From Octopus bimaculoides (lineage: Eukaryota), in NCBI RefSeq assembly GCF_001194135.2, contig NC_068983.1, forward strand, positions 28,643,373 through 28,701,097: a stretch of 57,725 nucleotides of DNA. The letters are read 5' to 3'. The notes beneath the pieces were generated by a model. The model was not told where the DNA came from, made no database searches, and was given only the letters and a program-made list of their open reading frames with translations. The position numbers and the translations under genes were made by a program. This document shows positions 10,892 through 22,214 of the stretch, piece after piece (position 1 is the stretch's first letter; every line of letters starts with the position of its first letter).

Positions 10892-12039
10892 CCTTAGATG
10901 ACTGCNNNNNNNNNNNNNNNNNNNNNNNNNNNNNNNNNNNNNNNNNNNNNNNNNNNNNNNNNNNNNNNNNNNNNNNNNNNNNNNNNNNNNNNNNNNNNNN
11001 NNNNNNNNNNNNNNNNNNNNNNNNNNNNNNNNNNNNNNNNNNNNNNNNNNNNNNNNNNNNNNNNNNNNNNNNNNNNNNNNNNNNNNNNNNNNNNNNNNNN
11101 NNNNNNNNNNNNNNNNNNNNNNNNNNNNNNNNNNNNNNNNNNNNNNNNNNNNNNNNNNNNNNNNNNNNNNNNNNNNNNNNNNNNNNNNNNNNNNNNNNNN
11201 NNNNNNNNNNNNNNNNNNNNNNNNNNNNNNNNNNNNNNNNNNNNNNNNNNNNNNNNNNNNNNNNNNNNNNNNNNNNNNNNNNNNNNNNNNNNNNNNNNNN
11301 NNNNNNNNNNNNNNNNNNNNNNNNNNNNNNNNNNNNNNNNNNNNNNNNNNNNNNNNNNNNNNNNNNNNNNNNNNNNNNNNNNNNNNNNNNNNNNNNNNNN
11401 NNNNNNNNNNNNNNNNNNNNNNNNNNNNNNNNNNNNNNNNNNNNNNNNNNNNNNNNNNNNNNNNNNNNNNNNNNNNNNNNNNNNNNNNNNNNNNNNNNNN
11501 NNNNNNNNNNNNNNNNNNNNNNNNNNNNNNNNNNNNNNNNNNNNNNNNNNNNNNNNNNNNNNNNNNNNNNNNNNNNNNNNNNNNNNNNNNNNNNNNNNNN
11601 NNNNNNNNNNNNNNNNNNNNNNNNNNNNNNNNNNNNNNNNNNNNNNNNNNNNNNNNNNNNNNNNNNNNNNNNNNNNNNNNNNNNNNNNNNNNNNNNNNNN
11701 NNNNNNNNNNNNNNNNNNNNNNACATACAATACACATATATACATCTTACATACAACATACACTCACATGCATATATAGCTTACATACACATACACATGC
11801 ATATATATATATATATATATATATATCTAATGTAGAACACATATGCAAATGGTGTATAGTACACACCATACACACACACACACACACACATACATGTACA
11901 GATGCACATAGATGCTTATCACATGTATGATAATAGCAAATGAAACCAGTGGACATTCTTTAAGGAGATAGCACACCTCATTGTGAAGGGGAAACAGGAA
12001 ATGGGACAGAAGAATAGGTTTGGTTACTCTCTACTGTTG

Positions 12040-12102
12040 CTGCTGCTGCTGCTGCTGCTGTAAGTGTGAAGAGAGATTTGGGGATGACGATCACGATGAT
12101 GG

Positions 12103-12154
<52 letters not shown>

Positions 12155-12411
12155 GGTAGTGATGATGATAATGGTGATGATGGTGATGATGGTGATGATG
12201 GTGATGATGATGACAGCAACAATGATGGTGATGATGATGATAAGGAGGAGGAGGCAGGACAATGGTGGTGATAATGGTAATAATCACAATGATGACAGTG
12301 ATGATAAGGATGATGGTAATAGTGAAGAGGAGAATGAGGAAGGGGATGTCGACAATGATGACGATGATGACGATGATGACGATGATGATGATGATGATAA
12401 TTATGGCAATA

Positions 12412-12457
<46 letters not shown>

Positions 12458-12533
12458 CAATTATGGCAATAATGATGATGATATTTCATAAGCATATATG
12501 ATTATGATGATGTTGACAAGGAATAATGTTGAA
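12040..12533. repeat. Compound (GCT)n/(GAT)n degenerate trinucleotide tract
   Basis: Visible runs of GAT/GGT/GAC, including a ~60-bp internal duplication beginning AATTATGGCAATAAT. Confidence 0.9.
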
Positions 12534-13811
12534 NNNNNNNNNNNNNNNNNNNNNNNNNNNNNNNNNNNNNNNNNNNNNNNNNNNNNNNNNNNNNNNNNNN
12601 NNNNNNNNNNNNNNNNNNNNNNNNNNNNNNNNNNNNNNNNNNNNNNNNNNNNNNNNNNNNNNNNNNNNNNNNNNNNNNNNNNNNNNNNNNNNNNNNNNNN
12701 NNNNNNNNNNNNNNNNNNNNNNNNNNNNNNNNNNNNNNNNNNNNNNNNNNNNNNNNNNNNNNNNNNNNNNNNNNNNNNNNNNNNNNNNNNNNNNNNNNNN
12801 NNNNNNNNNNNNNNNNNNNNNNNNNNNNNNNNNNNNNNNNNNNNNNNNNNNNNNNNNNNNNNNNNNNNNNNNNNNNNNNNNNNNNNNNNNNNNNNNNNNN
12901 NNNNNNNNNNNNNNNNNNNNNNNNNNNNNNNNNNNNNNNNNNNNNNNNNNNNNNNNNNNNNNNNNNNNNNNNNNNNNNNNNNNNNNNNNNNNNNNNNNNN
13001 NNNNNNNNNNNNNNNNNNNNNNNNNNNNNNNNNNNNNNNNNNNNNNNNNNNNNNNNNNNNNNNNNNNNNNNNNNNNNNNNNNNNNNNNNNNNNNNNNNNN
13101 NNNNNNNNNNNNNNNNNNNNNNNNNNNNNNNNNNNNNNNNNNNNNNNNNNNNNNNNNNNNNNNNNNNNNNNNNNNNNNNNNNNNNNNNNNNNNNNNNNNN
13201 NNNNNNNNNNNNNNNNNNNNNNNNNNNNNNNNNNNNNNNNNNNNNNNNNNNNNNNNNNNNNNNNNNNNNNNNNNNNNNNNNNNNNNNNNNNNNNNNNNNN
13301 NNNNNNNNNNNNNNNNNNNNNNNNNNNNNNNNNNNNNNNNNNNNNNNNNNNNNNNNNNNNNNNNNNNNNNNNNNNNNNNNNNNNNNNNNNNNNNNNNNNN
13401 NNTGGCGGTGGTGGTGGTGGTGGTGAAAATGACAGTGCAATGGTATTTATTATTAATGTTCAACAAAGTTGTTAAGACAGTAATCAGTATTGTTGTTGTT
13501 GTTGTTGTTGTGGTGGTGGTGGTGGTGGTGGTGGTGATGATGATAAAAGTGCTGTCAGGAAGTTCAGCTGTGATTAGGTGGTTAGTGCCAAAAGTGGTAG
13601 TTATTGGTGACAACTAAACTTCTTATCCAATTAACATATCATACTAACCAAACAGCCAATCGATACACTGTTTTACTTTCTCTTCATATGGTGCCTTCCT
13701 CTATCACAATTAATGAAGTACAGTGCAGTTGGTTAAAGGTTTCCAAAGGGCCAATCATTGGGTCATTGCATTTATGACAGTGACAGAAATAAGAGGAATA
13801 GACTTGTATCA

Positions 13812-13975
13812 TCATGGTTGTGTGGTAAGTAGCTTGGTTACCAACTGCATGGTTCCGGGTTCGGTCCCACTGTGTGGCACCTTGGGCAAGTGTCTTCTAC
13901 TGTAGCCTCGGGCCAACCAAAGCCTTGTGAGTGGGTTTGGTAGACAGAAACTGAATGAAGCTCGTCGTATATATG

Positions 13976-14018
<43 letters not shown>

Positions 14019-14300
14019 NNNNNNNNNNNNNNNNNNNNNNNNNNNNNNNNNNNNNNNNNNNNNNNNNNNNNNNNNNNNNNNNNNNNNNNNNNNNNNNNNN
14101 NNNNNNNNNNNNNNNNNNNNNNNNNNNNNNNNNNNNNNNNNNNNNAATGCTGGTGCATTTATGTCCCTGTAGCTTAGCAGTTCAGCAAAAGAAAACGATA
14201 GAATAGGCTTACAAAGAATAAGTCCTGGGGTTGATTTGCTCGACTAAAGGCGGTGCTCCAGCCTGGCCACAGTCAAATGGTTGAAACAGGTAAAAGTGTA
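13812..14300 (+). mobile_element. SINE family A, gap in the internal microsatellite
   Basis: Head, body and tail match family A. The N gap at 14019-14145 lies at the (TA)n position. Confidence 0.9.
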
Positions 14301-14585
14301 AAAGAACATAATCCCTTAAAATTGCAAGAATTTGCAGTATAAAAACTGTAAAAGTTGTGCCTGTAATTAGTGAGGCATTGGGAACTGTAAGTAAAGACAG
14401 ACAAATGGTTGAAGGAGATTGGAATAGAATGCCCTGTAAAACTTCTACAGAAAGTTTGCCTCTTAGGGACAGGAAAGATTATCAGGAGTGTCTTAAGCAC
14501 TTGAAAGATTATTGAAAGCTTGTGGATACCTAAGGTTACAGGTAGTAACCCGCTACCTACACAAATTCTACCAGGCATAAGAGTC

Positions 14586-14622
<37 letters not shown>

Positions 14623-14630
14623 TAATAATG

Positions 14631-15185
14631 CTCTGATACAGTATCAGGCAGTGGCTCTCATGGCTTCTGATCTTAACTAACTGGAAGTGTTATCATGTAC
14701 ATTGTTTTGTCTTGGTATAAAAAGATGGGTTACAGCAAATATTCTGCTCAATATCACAGATTTGCTTGTCGGTTGTTTGACCGTAACCAGTTGAGCATGT
14801 CCCTTGGTGGCTGACGATATGTGCATCTCTGATCACGAGCAGAAGTAGTGGGAGAGCATCATAGCCATGTGTTGAGAGGAATTCTTTGAGGTTTGGATAA
14901 TTCATCTTTGGAAACATGGGTGTTTCGTTCAACATCCTTAAACAACCCTTATTCAGGGACCTTTTGAGTGGTATGGGCTACTTGACCTGAAGAAAATCAT
15001 AACTGGGCCCCACCTGCGAGGTCATGCACTGTTTATATAGATATGAGATCACTATGTTGTGCACATATCTTTGTGATGCATGTGCCTGGTGTACCCTTAT
15101 CAGACGTGTAGTCATGATGGGTATACTGAGCTTCGTATATTTTACCCCAGTGTCACTTTGATGGCATGCACTGCTATCTCACTCA
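14631..15185. mobile_element. Unclassified ~555-bp element embedded in an (AAT)n tract
   Basis: A complex, GC-richer block bounded on both sides by (AAT)n (14588-14630 and 15186-15245). No recognisable ORF. Confidence 0.5.
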
Positions 15186-15193
15186 ATAATAAT

Positions 15194-15246
<53 letters not shown>

Positions 15247-16278
15247 ACAAACAACAACTCTGCTACAATGCTAATTTTACTTCATTTAAATTCAGAAATG
15301 TGATGCAGTTAACTATATAAAGTAATGCATTGCACTTCTTTTATCACCGTTCACTCTTCCAACTGCTATAAGAGTTAATTGTAATAATCTTCAAATTCCT
15401 TCAATTACCGCTACATTCGGTTATTTAGAAGTCAGCTCATGTTGTTAATCATTTTCTGTCATCTATACTGCACTAAACAACTTCTCATTAACTCTTATTT
15501 CCTTAAGGCCAGCAAATGTACAAAAAAAGAAAAAGAAAAAAAAACAAAAAAAAAAACAAAGCAAAAATTTGCATTTTAGATAGTATGCAATCCTATTTAA
15601 AACAGATGGTTTGTTTTAATTTAATTTTGTTTTGTTTTGTTTTGCTGCTTGGTTTGTTTGTCATTTTTTTCACTATCAATTTTGTTTCCCCACCCCATCT
15701 CCCCTGCCACTGACCCACCCACCAATCATAACAGTTAAATTTTAATTGCAAATGCTAAACTATATAAAACATTTATTCAAGTTTTATTTATTTGTTTATA
15801 TTTTATTCTGCAATAACAAAACAAAAAAAAAATTAAGATACAAGGAAATTAATAGAAAACATTCAAGATATTTTCAATTAAATATTTTGCTTAATTATGT
15901 ATANNNNNNNNNNNNNNNNNNNNNNNNNNNNNNNNNNNNNNNNNNNNNNNNNNNNNNNNNNNNNNNNNNNNNNNNNNNNNNNNNNNNNNNNNNNNNNNNN
16001 NNNNNNNNNNNNNNNNNNNNNNNNNNNNNNNNNNNNNNNNNNNNNNNNNNNNNNNNNNNNNNNNNNNNNNNNNNNNNNNNNNNNNNNNNNNNNNNNNNNN
16101 NNNNNNNNNNNNNNNNNNNNNNNNNNNNNNNNNNNNNNNNNNNNNNNNNNNNNNNNNNNNNNNNNNNNNNNNNNNNNNNNNNNNNNNNNNNNNNNNNNNN
16201 NNNNNNNNNNNNNNNNNNNNNNNNNNNNNNNNNNNNNNNNNNNNNNNNNNNNNNNNNNNNNNNNNNNNNNNNNNNNNN

Positions 16279-16660
16279 TGGTGGTGGTGGCAGTGTTAGT
16301 GACCATGGTGGTGGCAGTGGTGATGGTGGTGGTGGTGGTGGTGGTATTGATGGTGGTGGCAGTGTTAGTGGCGGTGGTGGTAGTGGTGGCAGTGCTAGTG
16401 ACGGTGGTGGTGGTGGTGGTAGTGGTAGTGGTGGTGGTGTTGTCAGCATCAGTGACAGTGGCAGTTGTCTGGTGGTGATGTTGGTGGGGGGGATCATGGT
16501 GGTGGTTGTGATGGTGGTGATGGTGGTGATGGCAGTGGCAGCAGTGGGGATGGCAGTAGTAGTGATCGTTGTGGTAGTTGTGATGGTTGTGGTGGTGGTG
16601 GCAGTGATGGGGATGGTGGCAGCAATGACAACAGAAGTGGTGAAGATGATGATTATGCAA
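16279..16660. repeat. Degenerate (GGT/GAT/GGC)n tract
   Basis: Low-complexity GGT-rich trinucleotide run next to a gap. Confidence 0.9.
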
Positions 16661-17095
16661 ATCAGCCTATTTACTTTTTTTTTTTTAATTTACACTACCT
16701 TGCAGAGAAAATAGGTTTAAGTCTCACAATTACAATCGATAATTAACCTTTATAGCATTACTTAAGCATGTGTAAATGAAAACATACCTCAGGTGCTTTT
16801 TTTGTTTCTATTCAGACTCAAGTCAGAACTTAAGAAAAAGATCATCATAAGTCAGTGATAATTAAAAAGTTTATTGCTTTACTTGTTTTTGTTTATCAGA
16901 GATTAATACTATTGGTATTGACCTCCACCCTTTAGCTCGGAGCACCTGAGAAAATAATGGGTGTCTGCCATTTCTAAGTTGGTCTAACAAATATCTAAAT
17001 ATTATTCAATAAAATTGGAAAAACATATTGAAAATTTTTACACACCAAAAACAAAACTTGTACATGAAATAGAAAAAGAATATATTAAAACATAA

Positions 17096-17236
17096 GGCAT
17101 AGGTCTGGTTGTGTAGTTAAGAAACTCACTTTGCAATTGCAAGATTTTAGGTTCAGTCCCACTGCATGGCACCTTGAGCAAGTGTCTTCTATAATAACTT
17201 TGGGCTGACCAATGCCGTGAAGGAATCTGGTAGATG
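17096..17236 (+). mobile_element. Old SINE family A 5' part
   Basis: Contains GGTTCAGTCCCACTGCATGGCACCTTGAGCAAGTGTCTTCTA. Confidence 0.75.
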
Positions 17237-17326
17237 TAATTGGTGTGGAATTCTATCATATCTATATGATGTGTCAAGTTGCCCTCAACAATAGAGAACA
17301 GTCACCATATTTCATTCCATATCGAC

Positions 17327-17416
17327 TAACTCTGATGAGCACAGGGTTACATAATCGGTTTGTTACCTAACACTCTGTGGAATCACTAGTGTGAAACCAA
17401 TTGATAAGGTCAGTTG
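17327..17416 (+). ncRNA. Type I hammerhead ribozyme motif with complete core
   Basis: Stem I TAACT/AGTTG; CTGATGA at 17332-17338; stem II GCAC/GTGT enclosing ~46 nt; GAAAC at 17393-17397; stem III ACC/GGT; GTC cleavage triplet at 17409-17411. Confidence 0.6.
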
Positions 17417-17444
17417 TAATGGATATATATATATATATATACAC

Positions 17445-17450
17445 ACACAC

Positions 17451-17512
<62 letters not shown>

Positions 17513-17560
17513 ATATGTATGCATGTATGTATGTATGTATGTATGTATACACACACATGC
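17445..17560. repeat. (TA)/(CA)/(TG)/(ATGT) compound microsatellite
   Basis: Directly visible. Confidence 0.95.
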
Positions 17561-18924
17561 ATTTTCAGCCACAATTGAAAAAGTACCAACGCTTGCATGT
17601 GGCATGCTTGATCAATCATGAAGATCCTTTTGTATGAAACCATTGGTTGTCTTGTTGACCCACAAATGAAGTGTGTGTGTTTGTATGTATATAGACAGAT
17701 AGGCAGATAAATAGAGAGAGAGAGAGAGAGAGGGAGATGTATACATCTATGTGTGTGTACATGTCTCTGTGTCTGAGTCAACACCACTTGACAGCTAGTA
17801 TTGATTTATTTATGTTCCTGAAGCATAGCAGCTCAGCAAAAGAGACTGATAAAATAAGTACCAGACTTTTAAAAAAAACTAGAACTTAAGTAGTAGAGTC
17901 AATTTGTTCAGCTAAACCTTCAAAGCAATGTCCCAGCATGGCCAGAATCCTATGACAGAAAACAAGTAAAACATTATTTTGTTGTGGATTGTTAGAATCA
18001 TTAAACTGCCTTGTGGCATTTGTTCCAGTTCTTTACATTGTGATTTCAAATCCTGCAGAGGCCAGCTTTGTCTTTCATCTTTTCAGGGTCAATAAAATAA
18101 AATGTCAGCCAACCACTAAGACTAATGTATATGCAAATGAAAAATAATACCAGTGGGATCTAAGGGATTAAATTTGTGATTGACTGGCATCATGTTCAGG
18201 AGAAAATTCTGTGCACTTAGCCTAAACACTTTGCAGATCTGTATAAGCTCCACTCTCAAGAGTCTGCAGGCTTGAGACAGTCCTTACAAGAACGAAAATT
18301 TGTGTCAAACAAATCATTGTTGCAAATATAAACAGACATTATTTCCTTGTTTGCTTGTATTTTGACCAAATTGCTAGATTCTTTGTTCAGACATATTTCT
18401 TCAGTGTTTGTAGAAATTTCTGAAAGTAAGAGTAGCAGTCTAATATTCAAGCTTAAAATCTTATTGCAGCTACTTTAAATTAAATCATTTGCTGAATATA
18501 TATAAAGATATTGGGTAAATACAATTTAAATACTCAAAGTTATCCAAACTTTATATGCTGTAACAGAATAAACGTGATAGAATTTAGAACTAGATTAATG
18601 CAGTTATCATAAATTGCACGAACTTCCATCATCATCATCATCATCATCATCATAATAATAAAAAAATGCTATCATATCTTCAGAACATATAGCAGCAAGT
18701 TTTCTGCAATGTAGGCAAAACAAACGTGATAAGTTATCTTAGAAGTTTTATGAATTATAAGTGTTATGGAAATCTGCTGAACAATATGGCATGCATAAAA
18801 TTCTATTGTTTAACAGAAGAAACTTCTTATTGAGGAATATACGTAGGAGTATTTAAAACTGCCTCTGGCTCTAATATACATACAAACATACACGCATGCA
18901 CACACACACATAAACACACATATA

Positions 18925-19052
18925 TGCATTTTCTCTTATTTCCTTCTGCTGAAGAGCGTAGGCTCGAAACATAAAAGTCTCTCTCACTTTCCCGCGCATC
19001 AAACTAATACACCTGTCTTCATCTTTTGTTTTTCCGTAAATTTTAACTATAT
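18925..19052 (+). mobile_element. Dispersed repeat family D, second copy, with degenerate minimal hammerhead
   Basis: CCTT-CTGCTGA-A-GAGC-GTAG-GCTC-GAAAC-AT-A-AAAG at 18942-18977. Homologous to 6405-6560. Confidence 0.6.
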
Positions 19053-19258
19053 ATTTATTTCTTTATTGCCCACAAGGGGCTAAACATAGAGGGGACAAAC
19101 AAGGACAGACAAAGGGATTAAGTCGATTACATCGACCCCTCTGCGTAACTGGTACTTATTTAATCGACCTCGAAAGGATGAAAGGCAAAGTCGACCTTGA
19201 CGAGATACCACTAAGCATTTCGCCCAGCGTGCAAACGGTTCTGCCAGCTCACCACCTT
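19053..19258 (-). mobile_element. tRNA-like SINE family C, internally deleted
   Basis: Reverse complement gives GGTGAGCTGGCAGAACCGTTTGCACGCTGGGCGAAATGCTTAG ... GACTTTGCCTTTCATCCTTTCGAGGTCGATTAAATAAGTACCAG. Confidence 0.8.
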
Positions 19259-19499
19259 ATTTTAACTATACATTATACGCTCACGTGGTCACCCCAGTTT
19301 TATCCTGCATCAACCTTCTACACTTTGGACTTACACATCTCAACTTTCTGCCTCAATTGCTTGAACTTTCTGCACCTTTCCGCATTTACATACCAGCACT
19401 CCACCCAGATTATCACTGGATATACTTGTGGATTTCACTAGAATCTTCCATTAATAAAAAATCATTCCAATATACCACGATGTTTGAACTTTTTTGAAC

Positions 19500-19525
19500 T
19501 TTCAGTTTTTTTTCTTACTTTGCCC

Positions 19526-19562
<37 letters not shown>

Positions 19563-20010
19563 TTTCTTCTTTTTTTCTTCTCTTCATGACTTTTGAATTT
19601 TTTGAACTTTGCTTTTTTCTCCCCTTTTCTCTCATTACTTTGCTTTTCTCTCCCCTTCTCTTCTTTTTTTCTTTTTCTTTCTTTTTTCTCCTTTTTCCAG
19701 CATGCCCAATTACAAATCTTTCCTCCTCCACCTTCACCACCACCTAAAGAAACACCTTTCCACACTTCCTTTCCCCTGTTTTCAAACCTTCTATTAATCT
19801 TTCCCTACTGATTTTCAAGTCCTTTGCACCACATGGGCTCAACTCCCCTCTTCTCACTTCATTTGACTCCCCTCCTCTCCTCTTTTCATCTGACACCTAC
19901 TTACTCTCTTCACTCCTACCCACCTTCTCTCTTCATTGATACCCTCTGCCCACACCCCACTCCCACATACCCTACCCCAAACCCCACCCCAGATCATACC
20001 ATCACAAACA
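19500..20010. repeat. Long pyrimidine-rich low-complexity tract
   Basis: About 500 bp that is strongly C/T-rich on the + strand, including (CT)n. Confidence 0.85.
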
Positions 20011-20271
20011 GAGTGATAATTTCCCTATTACCACTCTGTATTCAACTAGTGCTTCATTCTGAAGCCTATGTCTATTGAGTCCAACATTAGGTTATTAGTC
20101 TCATTATACCTCAGTGAAATATATGTGTGTGTGTGTTTGTGTGTGCGTATATACACACATACACATATTAGGGATGAGTCATCTTTTGCCTATTAAAATA
20201 TGACCACTCGCCAAGCATAACAATATGTTTTAACACACAATTTCACATTAGCAATCTTACAAACAAATACA

Positions 20272-20570
20272 TGAGAGCACATGGCTTAGTGGTTAGGGTG
20301 TTGCACTCACGACCTAGTGATTACGATTTCAATTCCTAGACCGGGTGGTGCATTGTGTTCTTGAGCAAAACACTCCATCCCACATTGCTCTGCAATCACT
20401 TTGACACCTGACACATGGTACACAGTGCACCTGTTCAGACAATGTCGATTTGATGGAGAGAACGAGCAAAGGTGCGGCACACAAATTTGATCACTATAAA
20501 CAAATCATTTGTAGAGGTCGTTCGGTAAGGCTGAAAACTCATACATCATCTTCAACAGGAGAGTCAACCA
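20272..20570 (+). mobile_element. tRNA-derived SINE, B-like head with a different body
   Basis: A box TGGCTTAGTGG, B box GATTTCAATTCC, then TGTGTTCTTGAGCAAAACACT (CORE-like start) and a distinct 3' half. Confidence 0.7.
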
Positions 20571-21809
20571 TACACACACACACGCATACACATGCACACA
20601 CAACCACACACACACATACACACATATATATACACATACCCAAATAATACTATCATCTTGTCAAGTCAATTATACATTACCTCAATGAGACAGAATTATG
20701 ACTAAAGAAGCTAAATTATGTTTAGATTATTTATGTAAATCAACTTAGACAAAACAAGCACTAATTTGAAACAGCCCCACAAGCTTGAATTGAAAATTAT
20801 GGTGTCAAATATCAGTTAGATTATTCAGATGTTAGTCGTGTATGTCTAGGGTGGTAATTCTTTAGTTGCATTATATAAATTCCTTAACAAAGATTCAAAC
20901 ACATATAATTAAATTCCTAACAATGATCTTATAACAGAGATAATGAAGATAATATTCTTGTCTCATATCTATGGTTAGTAGTGTTTTATACTTTCTTTCT
21001 TCATTACATTTTTGTTAGTCAATTACAACTCTAAAATAAAGAAAGTATACTTTGGAATAATGAATCTCTCTCTCTTTCTCTCGCTCTCTCTTGCTCTTCA
21101 TATTCATGTATATATATATATATATATATNNNNNNNNNNNNNNNNNNNNNNNNNNNNNNNNNNNNNNNNNNNNNNNNNNNNNNNNNNNNNNNNNNNNNNN
21201 NNNNNNNNNNNNNNNNNNNNNNNNNNNNNNNNNNNNNNNNNNNNNNNNNNNNNNNNNNNNNNNNNNNNNNNNNNNNNNNNNNNNNNNNNNNNNNNNNNNN
21301 NNNNNNNNNNNNNNNNNNNNNNNNNTATATATATATATATATATATTGCTGGAAATTAATAAATGACAATAGGAAGAAACCAAGAGGAAAGGAGAGAGTG
21401 TTATGGAGGAGAAATAATACCAAATATGGTGTTAGGAAGCTGGGGAATTCATAGGGTTAATGAATATGTGTATTGGATTATATTGTAACTTTTAGGCTGT
21501 GAAGCAGACTGGATTGGTAAAATCATTAGGATATCTTGTAACATTTTATCTTCTTATATTTTGGTTTCAAATCCCACCAAAGACAAATTTGCCTTTCATC
21601 CCTTGTGGGTTGATGAAATCGGTGCCTACCAACAGCTGAGGTCAATGAAGGAAGTTGGGCAGATCTGAGGAATGAATAGGGACATATTTTCTACCAGGAG
21701 TTATCAACAAACCATGAAAAGGTTTATCAGGACACTCCCGCCCTTTCTTTGCTATGGTGCACCTAAGCAGTGTATGCAATAAGTTCATTATTATTTATGA
21801 CTAACTATA

Positions 21810-22025
21810 AGGCATCAAGCTGGCAGAATCATTAGCATGTCAGGCGAGATGCTTAGCGGTCTTTTGTCTGCCCCTACGTTCTCTGATCAAATTCCGCTGA
21901 GTTAGACTTTGCCTTTCATCCATTCAGGATCGATAAACAAAGTACCAGTTTTGTGCTGGGGTCGATGTAATCAATTATTCCCTCTCCCAAATTTCAAGCC
22001 TTGTGCTTATTGTAGAAAGGATTAT
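21810..22025 (+). mobile_element. SINE family C (near full length)
   Basis: GCTGGCAGAATCATTAGC head; GACTTTGCCTTTCATCCATTCAGGATCGATAAACAAAGTACCAG centre; GCCTTGTGCTTATTGTAGAAAG tail. Older copies at ~17985 and ~21495. Confidence 0.8.
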
Positions 22026-22214
22026 TTATAACTAACTAGGACCCACTCCATCCCTTTTGATTGTTCACTTGTGCTTCTAAATAAGAAAATTTCATTTAAT
22101 AATTAAAGTTGAGTTAAGTGATTATTCCAAGGTACTACAAATCTTGAAAGAGATAGGGTGGGGTATTATAAGTGCTATCATAATGGAAAGGTGCATAGTG
22201 GAAGCAGCAAAGTA

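Larger units (their letters stand above)
9029..16278. other. Cluster of assembly gaps (N runs)
   Basis: N runs at 9029-9915, 10347-10356, 10906-11722, 12534-13402, 14019-14145 and 15904-16278. Further gaps at ~21130, 25088, 36515, 49644, 51307, 52415, 54486 and 55079. Most abut microsatellites. Confidence 0.99.

Noticed and set aside
12020-12501. Poly-Asp, poly-Met, poly-His and poly-Ile ORFs
   Set aside because: These are translations of a (GAT)n microsatellite, open in several frames and on both strands.
14693-14935. 80-aa ORF MLNETPMFPK...
   Set aside because: Lies inside the (AAT)n-embedded repeat and has no recognisable motif.
8730-16714. Long ORFs of 190-400 aa in the ORF track (also near 52209-53014 and 54978-55591)
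   Set aside because: They consist mostly of X from N gaps; no coding evidence.
15895-16746. Gly-, Pro-, Thr- and Val-rich ORFs
   Set aside because: Produced by a (GGT)n low-complexity tract next to a gap.
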